Part shown: in pieces, positions 26,558 through 39,276 of the stretch | How positions within the stretch are numbered: position 1 is the stretch's first letter | Layout: every line of letters starts with the position of its first letter | Assembly: GCA_030704615.1 (NCBI GenBank) | Contig: CM060731.1 | Span: 33,170,001 to 33,234,000, forward strand | From: Takakia lepidozioides | Taxonomy: Eukaryota; Plantae; Bryophyta | DNA: 64,000 nt | Direction: 5' to 3' | Translations under genes and position numbers: made by a program | The notes under the pieces: generated by a model | Told to the model about the DNA's origin: nothing | Seen by the model: only the letters and a program-made list of their open reading frames with translations | The model's database searches: none

Positions 26558-27924
26558 TTGTGATTTTATATTCTAGTTTATATCAAGAACCACTCACGTA
26601 TCTTTTGGGAGTTCGCACTACAGCAATGTAGGCCTCTATAAATCTACCACTGTATACCCAAAGTGACCTATCACAAAATTAGAAAAGTTGCTCAAAACTT
26701 ATATGGTTGAATATATATATATATAATTGTTATAATATATCAGCTATTAGCGTGCATAACTTCCTTTAGTAGAAGAACAACAGTTTATAAAGTAAACCTA
26801 TTTTCACTAAACATATCTATAAGGCTTGAAGACTCTATTCATTGTTATGGTACGAGGAAACTTCTCCAACCATTCTAGAGATCCACATGTTGAAGTACTA
26901 ACAACAAACGAAAAAGTTGTAGAGGACTTGGTAAAGTGTTAAGATACTATAATATGAAAGCATGGCAGTTACCTTCTAGTATGTATTGGTTTGAATGCAC
27001 ATGAGGATTTGTTGATCAATTTACATATACATGAACCATGCAACCATAGATGGAATGTTCAATATTGCCGATAAGATGGTCTATGAAGATAATTTTTCAT
27101 ACATCCATGTAAATAGATGGAAAACGATAAGAAGAATGTAAAAACTTAATACAAAAGTGTGATCTGACTGTACTTTTGCCGCCTCTCGTAGGCCATTGTC
27201 AAATCCTCCCCACCCCCTCTTACTCCGACTCACTATTAAAGATTTTACAATGCTAATGGTTATTGTGCCATCGAACAAGGGGAAGAGACTTTTCCTTATG
27301 CTAACTCCGGTTGGCGTTATATATACTTATATTTATAGATACAACAATGAATAGTCGGTTAGTAAGGCCATGGTGTGAGACATGGGTACAATTATTATTG
27401 GATTAAATATTGCATTGTCATTTTGGTGATGTCACCCCCCATCCCCTAACTCCCCTTAACTCCGGTGTTTTCATATTCCCCTCTGTATGCTCTGGTGTCA
27501 CGTCAACATGTGTCAACATGTGTCACTCTTGAGAGAGGATGGGGAAGATTTGATAGGCCAAAAAATTGGCTACTATGTTTGTCGTAGATTGCACACTTGC
27601 ATTAAATTATTAAATTAGTGCTATTGTAAACCTGAAATAACTGTTGGACTGGTACCTATCACAAAAACATGATACCAGACTGGTCTTAGTATCACAATGG
27701 CCCGTACTTCCCAAGACTGGTATGGTCATGGTGTTGGGGTAAGGGGGCCGGGTAGAGTATAGGAGGGGGTATCAATAAAGTATTGTGGCTGCATAGGAGT
27801 AGGGTATAAATACTTACTTTTTCCATCTCATATTGGGGGAATCTGAATATTGCCTATAAAATATTCAATATATTCAAGAGAATACTCAATAACCTGAATA
27901 AAAAATTGACCTTCACACTGGATC

Positions 27925-28027
27925 ACTATTACTACAGGTATTACTATTTACTATCACTACTACTATCATTATCATTATCACTATCACTATCATTATTAAT
28001 ATTACTATTACTATCACTATTACTATT
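27925..28027. repeat. Imperfect trinucleotide microsatellite (TAC/TAT/CAT)n
   Basis: Directly visible in the sequence. Confidence 0.9.
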
Positions 28028-29522
28028 GTGTTGTTTGGAGTCTCACATTGCAGCAATACTGGTATCAACAGCAATCTTGTCCATCGCCAAAAAGCGCTAG
28101 TACTTGAATATTAGGAGCCTAATTTAGCCAACGTGGACTTGTCAAAATGTGCCACCTGCTAATTTAGCGACTTTTCCAACCCTACACCTTGTTTTCTCAC
28201 CACACGGGCGTAGGATAAAATTTACATGTGGCATTGTGGCGATTTTGGAGACATGAGACCAAAAAAAAACAAAAAACACTCACACACACATATGAAATGA
28301 TTACTTCACAAGTGAAGAAGACAATTAATTTAGTATATGTTAGGATCAAATCAGGACTTTATTTCAGGGTCTAAATGAGTATTTGCTCAATATTATATTT
28401 GTATATATCCTTCTTTGTTAACGAATTGGATCATACTAGGTTAACCTCACATCATGGTGTTTGTTTTCCATAGGGAGAAACAATAGACTAGAGAGACATT
28501 GTTTTGTTTTTCAATCCACAAATTTTAAAACCTCTTGTTTTAGATCAATAACCTCTTCTATACAAATACCAAAGTTTTATATATATATATATATATATAA
28601 GATCATATGTAGTCAAACCCCTCAAATAAGATAGAGCTACAATGTGTCCCTATTTATAAACAGACGCACTTTATTAACAAGACATTAATTTTGGGAATAG
28701 CTAGTATCCATGAGTCTTTTGTTGCCTTATGGTGAGGTTGGTGAAAGAGGTTAGTTTCATGCTCAATAAAGCTAGGGTCCTACCTACATCTGCATGATTG
28801 TACCAAGACTCGAACGAGAAGTCCATGATAACCTCTCACTGCCATTAACTAGGAGATCGATTTGTTACCCTTGAAAAAAAAAAACTCAAATTCACAATTG
28901 AAAGATTTAATGCAAAAAAATCACCAAGCTTTGTTGAAAGCTAGAAAGAATTAAAAAAACTAGAGCGTGACGAATTATTCTTGTAGAAGCCAATATTGTA
29001 TTTTATGGTGTCATTTCATCCCAACAGACTACATATCGTTTCCTATGGAGATTATGCAAAATAATTTTTTGGTCACAAATTAAAAGCTTCCCTAGCTATG
29101 GAAGGTGACATACTCAAACGCCTTCAATAGAGGTTGGGCAACTCTAGTGATGATTGAAGGTTGACGACTAGTTTTAGGGCACACACTAGAAAAGGCCCGG
29201 GACTTTAATGCGAGTCCTTCGGTCCTGCCTGCGTGGCACCCCCACAGCAGCCCCCCCTAGGGCTCCCTCGCGGTCGCTGCAGCCCGCCCCCCCTCCCCTC
29301 ATCCCATGGAATGTCGTTTATATAACACATGATACATGTAGGTCATGCACGCATCCATGCCAGATGTCAGATGTGGTCATGAACATAACATGAGCCCATA
29401 GTGAGAGTGAATCCAACACATGCGTACCCAAGTTTGAATTTCAAATTTCCAATTTGAATTTTAGTATTATTTAATGGACATGACTGTTCGTCTACTTGTG
29501 GGATTTAGGATCAATGTGTATG

Positions 29523-29679
29523 GATGGATGAGAGTAGGATGCATGTTCAATAAGATGGAGGAGAGTAGGATGTATGTGTAATCAGATGGATGAGAGTAGG
29601 ATGGATGTGTAATCAGATGGATGAGAGTAGGATGGATGTGTAATCAGATGGATGAGAGTACGAATGGATGTGTAATCAG
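29523..29679 (+). repeat. Five tandem copies of a 31-bp subterminal repeat
   Basis: Unit GATGGATGAGAGTAGGATGGATGTGTAATCA. Confidence 0.9.
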
Positions 29680-29796
29680 AGGCGAGTCTCCATAGAATCA
29701 CCCTCCTGTAGCTTCGTGTCTGAAACGGTTCTGTCAACAGGAAACCTTACGTTCAGCCTGTATCAGCACCGCCTCCTCTTTGAATTGCAAATTGAC

Positions 29797-32613
29797 ATGT
29801 TGGTTGGCGAGAAATCTGAAGCCATCGTGTCCCATCTTGTTTTGTTGCTTCGAAACCAAGTGCAACTGCCAAATGCAGGTGCTTTCAACCATCATGTACT
29901 GCAGTGGCGTTTGCAATGGCATGGCAAGCCTCCTGGCTAAGCCTCAGCCCAAGTCGCCTACATTCCATGGAATCGCGTAGCTGATTTAATTACTGGGAAT
30001 CCTCCCGTACAGATGGCCCATGCACTTTCCACAGGCATCACCAAAGAGGCCATCCGGAGGGATCTCTGTTGGCTCCTCACACCAAAAGTGCTTTGACTAT
30101 GACAAGGTACATCTTGGGCTGCCGTTCATGTGTTGCAATGCCTATTCCATGATTTCCATGAATGCAGAGAGTGCCTGAGTCCCCTTAGAGTGATAGTAAC
30201 GGAATGTAGTTTGTGGTTGTAGGTATCACTGCTCATATGGTCCAGAGGACAGAACTACGGCCCTCTTGGATGCTACCCCTGCAATGGCACACAAGAAACG
30301 TCGAGCAAAACCTGCAAAGAAGAAGGGGAGGAAGCCAAGAGTCACAGCCGCTTCCACTGAAGCAAAGCCAAAACAAGCAAGGACCACACAAACAAAATCG
30401 GGGGAAGGCATCAAGAGGGGATGCATGTGCAGGTTTGTACTGAAGCAATGTTATGTGGACCTTGATATTGCAAAGCTGGTCTATTATGAAAAGAGACATG
30501 TCAATGGGGCTGGAGAGGTCTGCCATGGACCCACTCAGCAACTAGGTCGTGTTTCATTAGCTCCCCACTTGAGCGATGACATGAAATCCTAGGTGTTACA
30601 TAACCTACGTATGGGACTAAGCATCAACAAGATAATGGCAAAGCACACGCAGAGGGTGAGGGATATCATGGATGGGGGGTTGGAGGTTACTCGTGATACC
30701 TTCCTTCTTTCAAGTGACATCCGAAATATTGCCAACAAGTGCGATGGAGAAACTTTCAAAAAGCACTCCAATGATGCACAAAGTGTCTGAATGTGGGTGC
30801 ATGAAAACCCAGCAAGCATTTTCTACTACCAGGAAGAGTGTAATCACCTTGCGTGGACGTTGAATGACCGAAAATTGGACCTTCCATTTGTGCTTGGCTT
30901 ACAAACTGATTGGCAGAGAAAACAAATGCTCAAACACGGCCATCGTCACATAGTTACTTGTGATGCAGCCTTTGGAACGAATGAAAAAAAGGTTGCGGCA
31001 GTTTCTTAACCCAAATGTCCTCAAAGCTTGTCAAATTATGTTCTTCATGTGAACTTTTCTGTTCTCGTACCATTTCCTTTGAACTCACTTCAGTTACACA
31101 TGATTATTGTTGCAGTACCCCTTGTATACCATGATGGTATTCGACGACTGGCTGAATTGTATTCCAGTGGCTTACATTATCACTGCAAGGTGCAAAACCA
31201 TTGATCTTACGCCTTGGATGGAGGCACTTAACAAACAAATGACAAGTCTGCAGGTAGACTGGAGTCCGAATGCCTTTATTGTGGATGACGCAGATGCTGA
31301 AATTGTTGCAATTAGATACGTCCATGAACTCAGGCAATATACCTACCATGATCTCTTAGTTACACATGAATTTCAGTTTACCTGCCTGATAAGAGAATAG
31401 ATCTGTGTGGGGGGATTGTGCTGTTTTCTTGTGCTTGTGGTATGTTCGCCGAGCCTGGCAGAAGAATGTTGTAGCAAAGGTGAAAGACCCAGTAATGCGA
31501 GCGGCTATCTTATAAGACCTGGCACAGATCATGTATGATAGAAAGGAGACCTCTGGGGATGCAGGTGAAGCATGGGTCGTATTCAAAATTCTGGGCCTAC
31601 GGGAGAAGTACCCTTCTGAGACAGAATTCTGCACCTACATGGAGACAGAGTGGCTTCCAAAAGCCAAACTGTGGATGAAGGGATCCCGGAACATACCTCA
31701 TGCCTCTCAAGACACCAATGTTGCCATTGAAGCATACCACGGGAACCTGAAAGCGCAATTGAAGAGCACCAAAAGTGTCCTCGGTAGTAGGCGGGTGGAT
31801 TGGCTCATCTCTGAACTGACAGGTGATGTGCTAACCCATTACTGGTACATGTCACATGCGAAGGCTTATGGGTTCATCCGAAACAAGCGGCAGGAGGGAT
31901 TTGTTTGTACTTCTATTTTTCTTGCCAACGACATTCCAGATGCGAATGTGCACCTGCCTGACACATCCGGAGGCATTGCAACAGTTCAATGCCACCGCCA
32001 ATTGGGTATGACATATACTGTCCCCAATCCGGATTCTAAGTGGGGTTCCTGTGATTGTCATTGGGCACAGAAAGGAAATATGTGTGCACACCAGGTAAAG
32101 GTTTTGAAGATGCTCCACCCCCATGTGGAGGACGGGCTGATTGCAAAGTTGTGCGGATCCCTATTGGGCACATGTAAAGGTGGCCTCCACAACTTGCTAG
32201 CTGCCCATCAGTCCCCCTCTTCCATGCCTTCATCTTCACAAACTCCCCCAGGTCTGACCTCCCCTTCTATGGCTCACAAAACATCCGCTGGTACAAGTCC
32301 ATTGCCCAACCTACTTGCCCTTACCTCTACAGAGTGGGAAAGTATTCTTCAACTGACAGATACCAGCAAATTCCTCCAGCAACATCTTCTTGCATTGGTG
32401 AGAACTACGAAGGGAAAGATTTTGGACTTGACTGCCATGATGGAGGAGGGTCTTCAGTACCCTGGTGAAGACCCAGTTATGACTACTGTGGATGATGGGA
32501 ATGGAAAGTCACTTGCACGGTACAAAGACTTTCTGGAGAGGCATGGCTACACAGGCAATCTCCCATCCGTGCCGTCTCCCACCAGGAGCAAGAAGAGGTT
32601 GTACACTGGCTGA
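29797..32613 (+). pseudogene. MULE-type DDE transposase with SWIM zinc finger (At1g60560/At4g13970-like), decayed
   Basis: Exons about 29797-30106, 30223-30991, 31116-31315 and 31401-32613. Motifs VAYIPWNRV, YHCSYGPED, RGCMCRF, VTCDAAFGTN, FIVDDADAE, TNVAIEAYH and SWIM CDCHWAQKGNMCAH. Premature stops (e.g. 30590, 30788), frameshifts and a mutated donor site. Confidence 0.85.
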
Positions 32614-34698
32614 AAGACTTCAGGTAAGGCACCATATTCCTGGAATCCCTGCAGTCCATATAATGAACTAGGGCTTGTTTGTGCCTACAAGGAGCGAATG
32701 AGACAGTGAGATGGTTGGGCAGCTGCTGGATGTGCCTTCTTTCCTTTTTGAACTTCAGGTGGATTGGGCTGAGGAAGCATGTGGCTGACAGCATTACCAG
32801 TACTGCAATTTCATTTCCATTTTCAGCTCCACAATTTCAGGCAATGTCTACCGTTTTGCAAGTTCTCACATCTTACTTGCACATGCACGGGCGTACTGAC
32901 AGTACACTTCCGTATGAACAACCCATGTACAACTGCTACGCATTGAAAATGTGCAATAGGTGGAGTTCCGAGTGAAGAATGTTTGCAATTTGAGGTGCAT
33001 GCATGCATGGCCCCCGGGGATGAAGTATGTGATGTGCATGGCCTACGGGTCTGAGGGGGGATAATACATGTTTATTCATAATGCACTTCATAACTGTGTC
33101 TGGAAAGTGAGGTTTACGGTTTAGGACACATGCTTAACTGGCTCATTCCGAATGGCATCAGATACACGGCGGATTCTCTTTCTGTTTCTAGCCTTCTGTG
33201 ACTTTTTCATGTGCGGTGGGATGTAGTTCAACTTGGTGCGAGTTCGGATGTGGGCTTTGGGTCATTGCAGTTTAGTAGGTATTTTGAATTAGGAGACGTT
33301 GTTGAAATGTTTGGGGTCGAAGTTTTTTATTCATTCCTGAGGCAACCATTTGCAATTGAAGATGGCATTCCGAATTTACACGTCATTCACATTGCAGTTG
33401 AATACCTATTTTGATTCGCTGGCCATGTACAACTCTTTCATTTGAAGTTGGTAATGTTGCCTTAGCAAAGGACCTGCATTTGAGGTTGAAAGAAAGATTT
33501 TCCATGGCTCTCTGGCGTCCAATATATAAGGTCGGAAAGAACTATCATCCATACTTGTGTTCCACATGAAAGGGAGCATGCACAACCTGCAGCAATACAA
33601 TGCCCATGGAATAATATTATTTATATGATTACAGAGCAAAGGACAGAGTTGCCACTGAGGTTACAAAGAACGACGTGGACAGAAGTTCATTCGGACCCCA
33701 AAGAGTCAAAAATATGAAGACTAAGCTTTATGTCCATCAGAAAATGCAACAATATTGCCCCCACTGCAGTCCGTTCAGAAAGCAACAAATATAATGCCTC
33801 TCCAACCACATATGTGAACAAAACAGCCCACCCAGAATGAATATACTGACATACTGGTGTGGCAATGCCAATTCAAAAGGAAGCATCCCTCACAAGCACC
33901 CGCCACTATTTCCCGCCCTACCCTCATGTGGGTGGAGGCTGCCAATGAGAGACATTGCCTCTAGTTCATGCATGTTATGTGCATGTCATATGGACCAATG
34001 CGGGAGAGAGTACGAATGTGCACAATCATTTGAAAATGGTTTTGTGAATGCCTTACCTAGCTCCAGAAGGTTGCTTTGCACCTGATAATGGAATCAATAT
34101 TCAAATCGCATCCCTTTAGTCCTAAAAATGCATGTGGCCATCTGAAACCATGCAGCACATGATTTCCCCCTCAAAATGTCATGTTCTCCAGCCTCACTGA
34201 ACACATACTCTCCACACACCACATTGCCATTCAGCACTCCCAAACTCCTTCAGTTTCCTCAGACCCCCCATTGCCTCATCCGCACTCTCCCTCATCCATA
34301 TGCCTCACCTTGTAGCCTCTTTCACTTCCGCCTCTCTCACTTAGCAATGTCAGACTCTCAAGAAGGAGTAGGCAGCTCCTGGCTGCAAGAGGAAACTTTA
34401 GTTGATGTCGACACTCACAAGGAGTTGGTAGGAGATATTACTGGCATCGTGGGGACTCGCAACGACGCTACCATGTGAGCCTGGTGCGTGAGCATGTGAG
34501 CGTATGCTCACACAACGATGACGTGGCGTGAGCCTACGCTCACGCAGCTGACGTGGCGTTGATGCTGACGTGGAGTGAGGCTGGTCCAGGTCATGCCACG
34601 TCACCACAAAGAAGGTGGGCCTATAACCGTGGAGCCTACAACTGCTGATTTCACCACATGAAGGTGAAACGGATGAAGGGTTTCGGGCTTTCCTGGAG

Positions 34699-34936
34699 TT
34701 CAACATTCTGTTAACAGAAGCTTCATTTCCTAGAACTGAAATGAACGTTGTGTTAACACGAGGTTGTTTTCCTGGAACAAAAATCAACTTTGTGTCAACA
34801 CAAGGTTGATTTGAACATCTCCAAATCAACCTCGTGTTGACACGATGTTGTTTTCTTAGAACTAAAATCAACCTTATGTAGACACAAGGTGGATTTGGAG
34901 AACTTCAAGTCAACCTCATGTTAACACGAGGTTGAT
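34699..34936. repeat. Six palindromic units at exact 42-bp period
   Basis: 28-bp imperfect palindromes start at 34699, 34741, 34783, 34825, 34867 and 34909 (e.g. ATCAACTTTGTGTCAACACAAGGTTGAT), separated by 14-bp linkers. Confidence 0.9.
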
Positions 34937-35155
34937 TTGATCATCTGTCTATCTGAAGGTAGCTTCTTGTGTTTGCTAATGAAAAGAATAGGACAAACCA
35001 ATGCAACAAATGCGTTGACCCACGCATAGCAAAAATGTTAGAGGACATACATTGAGAGACACTGGACTTGAACAGTCATTCCATTACAAGTTGTAGTCAA
35101 GGAAAACACAGATTTCTTCATGTCAAGTGCATGTTGTCTATGGGCTTGTATCCTG

Positions 35156-36060
35156 CTATAGAAGTGTGTTGACTTCGTTGAAACTCATAGTGGCTTGGTG
35201 AATGAAGAAGTCGCGCTTTGGATCACAAACCATCTTTCTCAAGAAGACAAAGTACAGATGTTTGCACAGTATGAACTTCCCTCTCTTTCCCAAACTACTT
35301 GAAAGCATACCAACAAAATCAGGACGGATGCAATTGGGAAAATTGGAAACAGTGATGTCGTACGTCCTGTCCTGCAGCGCAGATGCGGATGAGATCATGG
35401 TGAAGACCCGACCATACCCTGGATCAGGTACTTCCATTGTTCCCGCAACACGAGCGTGAAGCATTCTCGCGGACTCGATTTTGCCGTAGTGTTCTGCGGT
35501 TGGAGGGAATCGTCGAACCAGCTTCCCATTCCGTCTGGTTGGCCACAAGTGAGCGTCAGGCGGAGGTACCCGTGAACCGCTTGAACTTGAAGCACCTCCA
35601 CGTGCAATGGAATGCCTGGCTAGGGAGAAACCCGCCTCTTCCAGCATTGCGATCTCTTGGTGAGTGAGACTTGTGCCCATCTTCATAGGCCACACGGTTG
35701 GTGGAGTAGGCTTCCTCACCACGGAGGGCCTCACTATCCCACGCACACATCTCCCACAATTGTCAACGCAGAACCAGAACTTGTGGTTCTTTGCCTCTCC
35801 TTGTCCGTAAGGGAGAAACAAACTAGTGAATGTAGGAGCTGCAGTGCGTTCTCTGCCTCTAGATATTAATGATATACATTTTTCATGATTGGTGGCCCTG
35901 ATCGCCGCGCATTTCACACGCGATCCAGCTTTGTGCATTCTATATGCCAAACCTCGTCCAAGCACATGGACTCCATTACATCCAGCACCATGTTCTGGTC
36001 TTCAACCATTGCAGTGATAGTGCTTGATGCAGGGGTCCGATCTGGGGCACTGGTCGAATG
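35156..36060 (-). pseudogene. Cys-rich protein with a C-terminal SWIM zinc finger (transposon accessory gene, 5'-truncated or fused)
   Basis: FWFCVDNCGRCVRG..PTVWPMKMGT and YDITVSNFPNC(I)RPDF..CKHLYFVF (second SWIM Cys mutated). Frameshift near 35940. Confidence 0.7.
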
Positions 36061-38611
36061 TGTGGTCGCTAACAACTTTTATTGCTTGTGTTTTTGAGTC
36101 CCTCTCAGGAGTTGGGAACATGTTGGTGTCTCTCACAAGTGGATCCGAATTCCAGATCTCCAACCACCTGATTTTGGTTGCATTGTCCACCATTGATATG
36201 GAAAGGTGATGCAGTTTTACTTGGGTCATTTCTTGCTTGGAGCCATACTTGTCATAATGTGCTTTCACCTGCTCCAGAAATTCCGTGCCCAGACTTGGAT
36301 CTGCTATGCGAATTTGTTTATCAAAGGCACTCATGAGGTTCTTCCTTTGATTGTTCATCTCAAATCTCATAATGTCCTCAAGCCCAGTTGCAGACCTCTG
36401 CTCTTCTGTATGGGATGCATAGTACTCTACTTTCGCCTTCAAACCAGTCTCTGCTATTTCTTGCTGCATACAGTACAGGGAGAAAGGATCAAACACTGGC
36501 GTTTCTTGGTAAAATTTACACTAACAACAAACAAACAGATGTCAAGAAGCTTACCATGTACATGTAGTCAAGAAAAGCCTCCCTTGTCAGGCTGTACCAT
36601 GTGCTTGTCTTCTTTTCAGCACACCTCTTCATCTGCTGAGGACTGAGCACGTTCGTGAATGACTCCAGTGGCATCAACCCTATCTTTTGGATACGGAATA
36701 GAGTATGGCAGAGATTGGTCGTCACATGGGAGGTTTCATTGGACCTGAAAAAACCTTCAACTCATAAGATGATTTCGAATTGTGAAAACGCAGATCGGGT
36801 GGGAACAAGGTTTGTATCTTACTTGTTTATGTCGTGCATGGCTGTCAAGAGCTGCGTGACACGTCCTTTGTGGTTGAGTACCATGGAAACCACGCTCCAG
36901 TGCCATTCGATCTCGTCCGAGTGCAAGCTTGAAATGTAATCCATCCAGACAAGCAGTCTATGGTTCCCATCTCAGACAAAAAAAACATCTTTCCCATAAA
37001 TGCTTTTGTTGAGGCCTTTTTCGACAGCTTGTGCTCAAATTCCCTGTTTACATCCCGCCAGCATGCATCCCAACTTTGCTCTATGTCCTCTGTTACAAGA
37101 CATTCATCTCCTTTCGTGTTCACAGTGGATACGTAGAACACTGCAGATCCCTTAACATAGCCGTGAACAAAATCGTTCTTCAACTTCGTGATGTCGTTCC
37201 TCAATATATGCGGGTTGAACCGCGGGCATGGAGATCATCCGGCATAGTGGGATAACCAGGTTTCTGCCGTGAACCTCCATCGACAAAATCAACTTCGAGG
37301 AGTTAACTTTTTGCCCCCCCATTACCTCCTCGGCCTTGTCTTCATAGTGTTCCTCAAATGATTCTTCCTCACCATCACCTTCTGCCACTACCACATCTCC
37401 CCCCACGGATTTCCTTTTCCTTTTCCTCTGCAAAGAATGAATATCCCTGCGAGTGACAGATTGAGCTCCCATGGATCAACCTTGCGTTGACGCAAGGTTG
37501 ATTGATGGGGTTCTAGCTTAGTCTGAAATGCATACTGGAACATTCCAGTGAACCCACTAAATGGTTTGCGTTGACGCAAGGTTCTTTTGATGGCTTCACA
37601 TAATCAACTTCCCCTACCTTGCGATTCATGAGACGGGACTTCGTATGCTGGGAATGAACAGAAGAGGCATCCAAATCAGCCTCGCGTCAATGCAAGGTTC
37701 ATTCGAGTGCTGCATCTGCTTCGTTTCGTGCCCAAAACATACACTTTAGAGGTCGAGATCAACCTTCCGTTGACGCAAGGTTGATGTCGAGCTCTCAGTT
37801 TGGCGTTCAAGAGACAAAAAAAGCAAATGGCAAAAGAGATTACAACTCTAGTTTCTTCTTCGCACTTCATGATGCATCGGGAGTATTCGTCTTTTTCATG
37901 GGGTCTGGAAGCAGCATGCTGCCAGGCAGATGCGGGTGGTGGGACTGAAAATAAGAGGCACCCAAATCAACCTCGCGTCAACGCGAGGTTAATTCGTGTG
38001 CTGCATCTGCTTCGTTTCGTGCCCAAAACATACAGTTTGGAGGTCGAAATCAACCTTGCGTTGACGCAAGGTTGATGTCGATCTCTCTATTTAGAATGGA
38101 ACATACAAAAAAAGGAAAAGGAAAAAGAGGGTTGATAGCCACCTCTGGTTTCTTCTTTGCACTTGATGATGCTCCGGAGGTATTCAACTTCTCCATGAGG
38201 TCTGGAGGCAGCATGCTGCCAAGCAGGTCCCTATGGTGGGAAACAGGGGCAGATGGCAGCGTACCCGCGTCCTCCTCTCCTCGCTGCTCACTCATGACCT
38301 AATTCTCCACTCGCAGTGCTTCCTCCCTAGCCCAACTGACTTCCTCATCCTCCCCTCCCTCTATTGGAGGTTGTTCTTGGGTCGCCTCCTGAATCGCTTC
38401 AAGACCTTCATCTCCAAAACGTGGTTGCAGACTCGGATTTTGCCCTTCGTCCTCATCTCCGACGGAGGTTTCCTCTCCCATTCTAAGTTCCCGTCTTGCC
38501 TTTGTCATCCTCTCCTTAGGGCGTGCCCTCTGCTTGTTTGATGTGAAATACAATGTTCTTCGACGCCTTCTTCTCCCTCGGGATGGGGGTCACCGTCTTT
38601 GCAGAATCCAC
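36060..38611 (-). pseudogene. ParB/Sulfiredoxin-like domain protein, spliced and decayed
   Basis: Acidic N-terminus and a KRKRK NLS-like motif, then IPLCRMISMPAV..DITKLKNDFVHGY..FFV(W>stop)DGNHRLLVW..LLTAMHDIN (DGNHR at 36971-36957). GT..AG introns at about 36822-36745 and 36554-36467. The DGxHR box is the hallmark of the ParB/Srx fold. Confidence 0.72.
37475..38076. repeat. Six copies of the 28-bp palindrome ATCAACCTTGCGTYRACGCAAGGTTGAT in intronic sequence of the ParB-like gene
   Basis: Copies at 37475, 37566 (partial), 37675, 37758, 37966 and 38049. Includes an approximately 290-bp tandem duplication (about 37660-37930 vs 37950-38225). Confidence 0.9.
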
Positions 38612-39276
38612 GGTTGCAGTGAGAAGAAGGAAAAAAAGGCACTACGGGAGGTTCATCGCAAGGCCAACCACGCCAAGATGATCACTCGAAATGACCTCAG
38701 CGCCACATGCTCATTCCACATGCATGGCGGACACGTGTCCAATTGTCTGTTATGAATATCGCCGGAGATCATTTATTCCTCATCCACCGACATTCGTTCG
38801 GGTCGACCTCTCATCCACAAAAGTTTATTAGTGGGTATCCGCTTTTGGGGTGTTTCAGAGGAATGTGCAGTTGGTACAGTTGTACAGCGGTGCAGTTGCC
38901 GTTAATATTAAATGGAAATGGGCACCTCTTCTGGCCTCTTTGACATGACAGCCAAATGGCGGCTCTGTCAGTCAAAATTGCTTAATACGTTGTCCAAGGC
39001 ACTGGTGGGGCACCTGTAAAAAGAGAGTCGGATTTTTTAATTGGGACTGGAATTATCCACTCCGCATTTGGGCACTCTCTGACCATTCACTTGGTTCGCA
39101 TGTCCACACATTTCTTTGATGTGCCGAACCGCGTTGGGAGACCTGCATGCGAAAGCGACACCTGCAATTGTGTGTAAGGACGTCTTGTATACAGCCAAGA
39201 AACTCCACTCTAGTACAACCTATAAACAGAAGCAACATTGGACTTTGAATTGCGCGCTTTCAAGCAACATTGACAG

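Noticed and set aside
25748-28100. ORFs with VRVRVR or poly-L/S runs (25748-26017, 27906-28100)
   Set aside because: These are translations of hAT subterminal repeats and a microsatellite.
34699-34936. CRISPR array
   Set aside because: The linkers are only 14 bp and resemble each other, the repeats are degenerate, there are no cas genes, and the context is eukaryotic.
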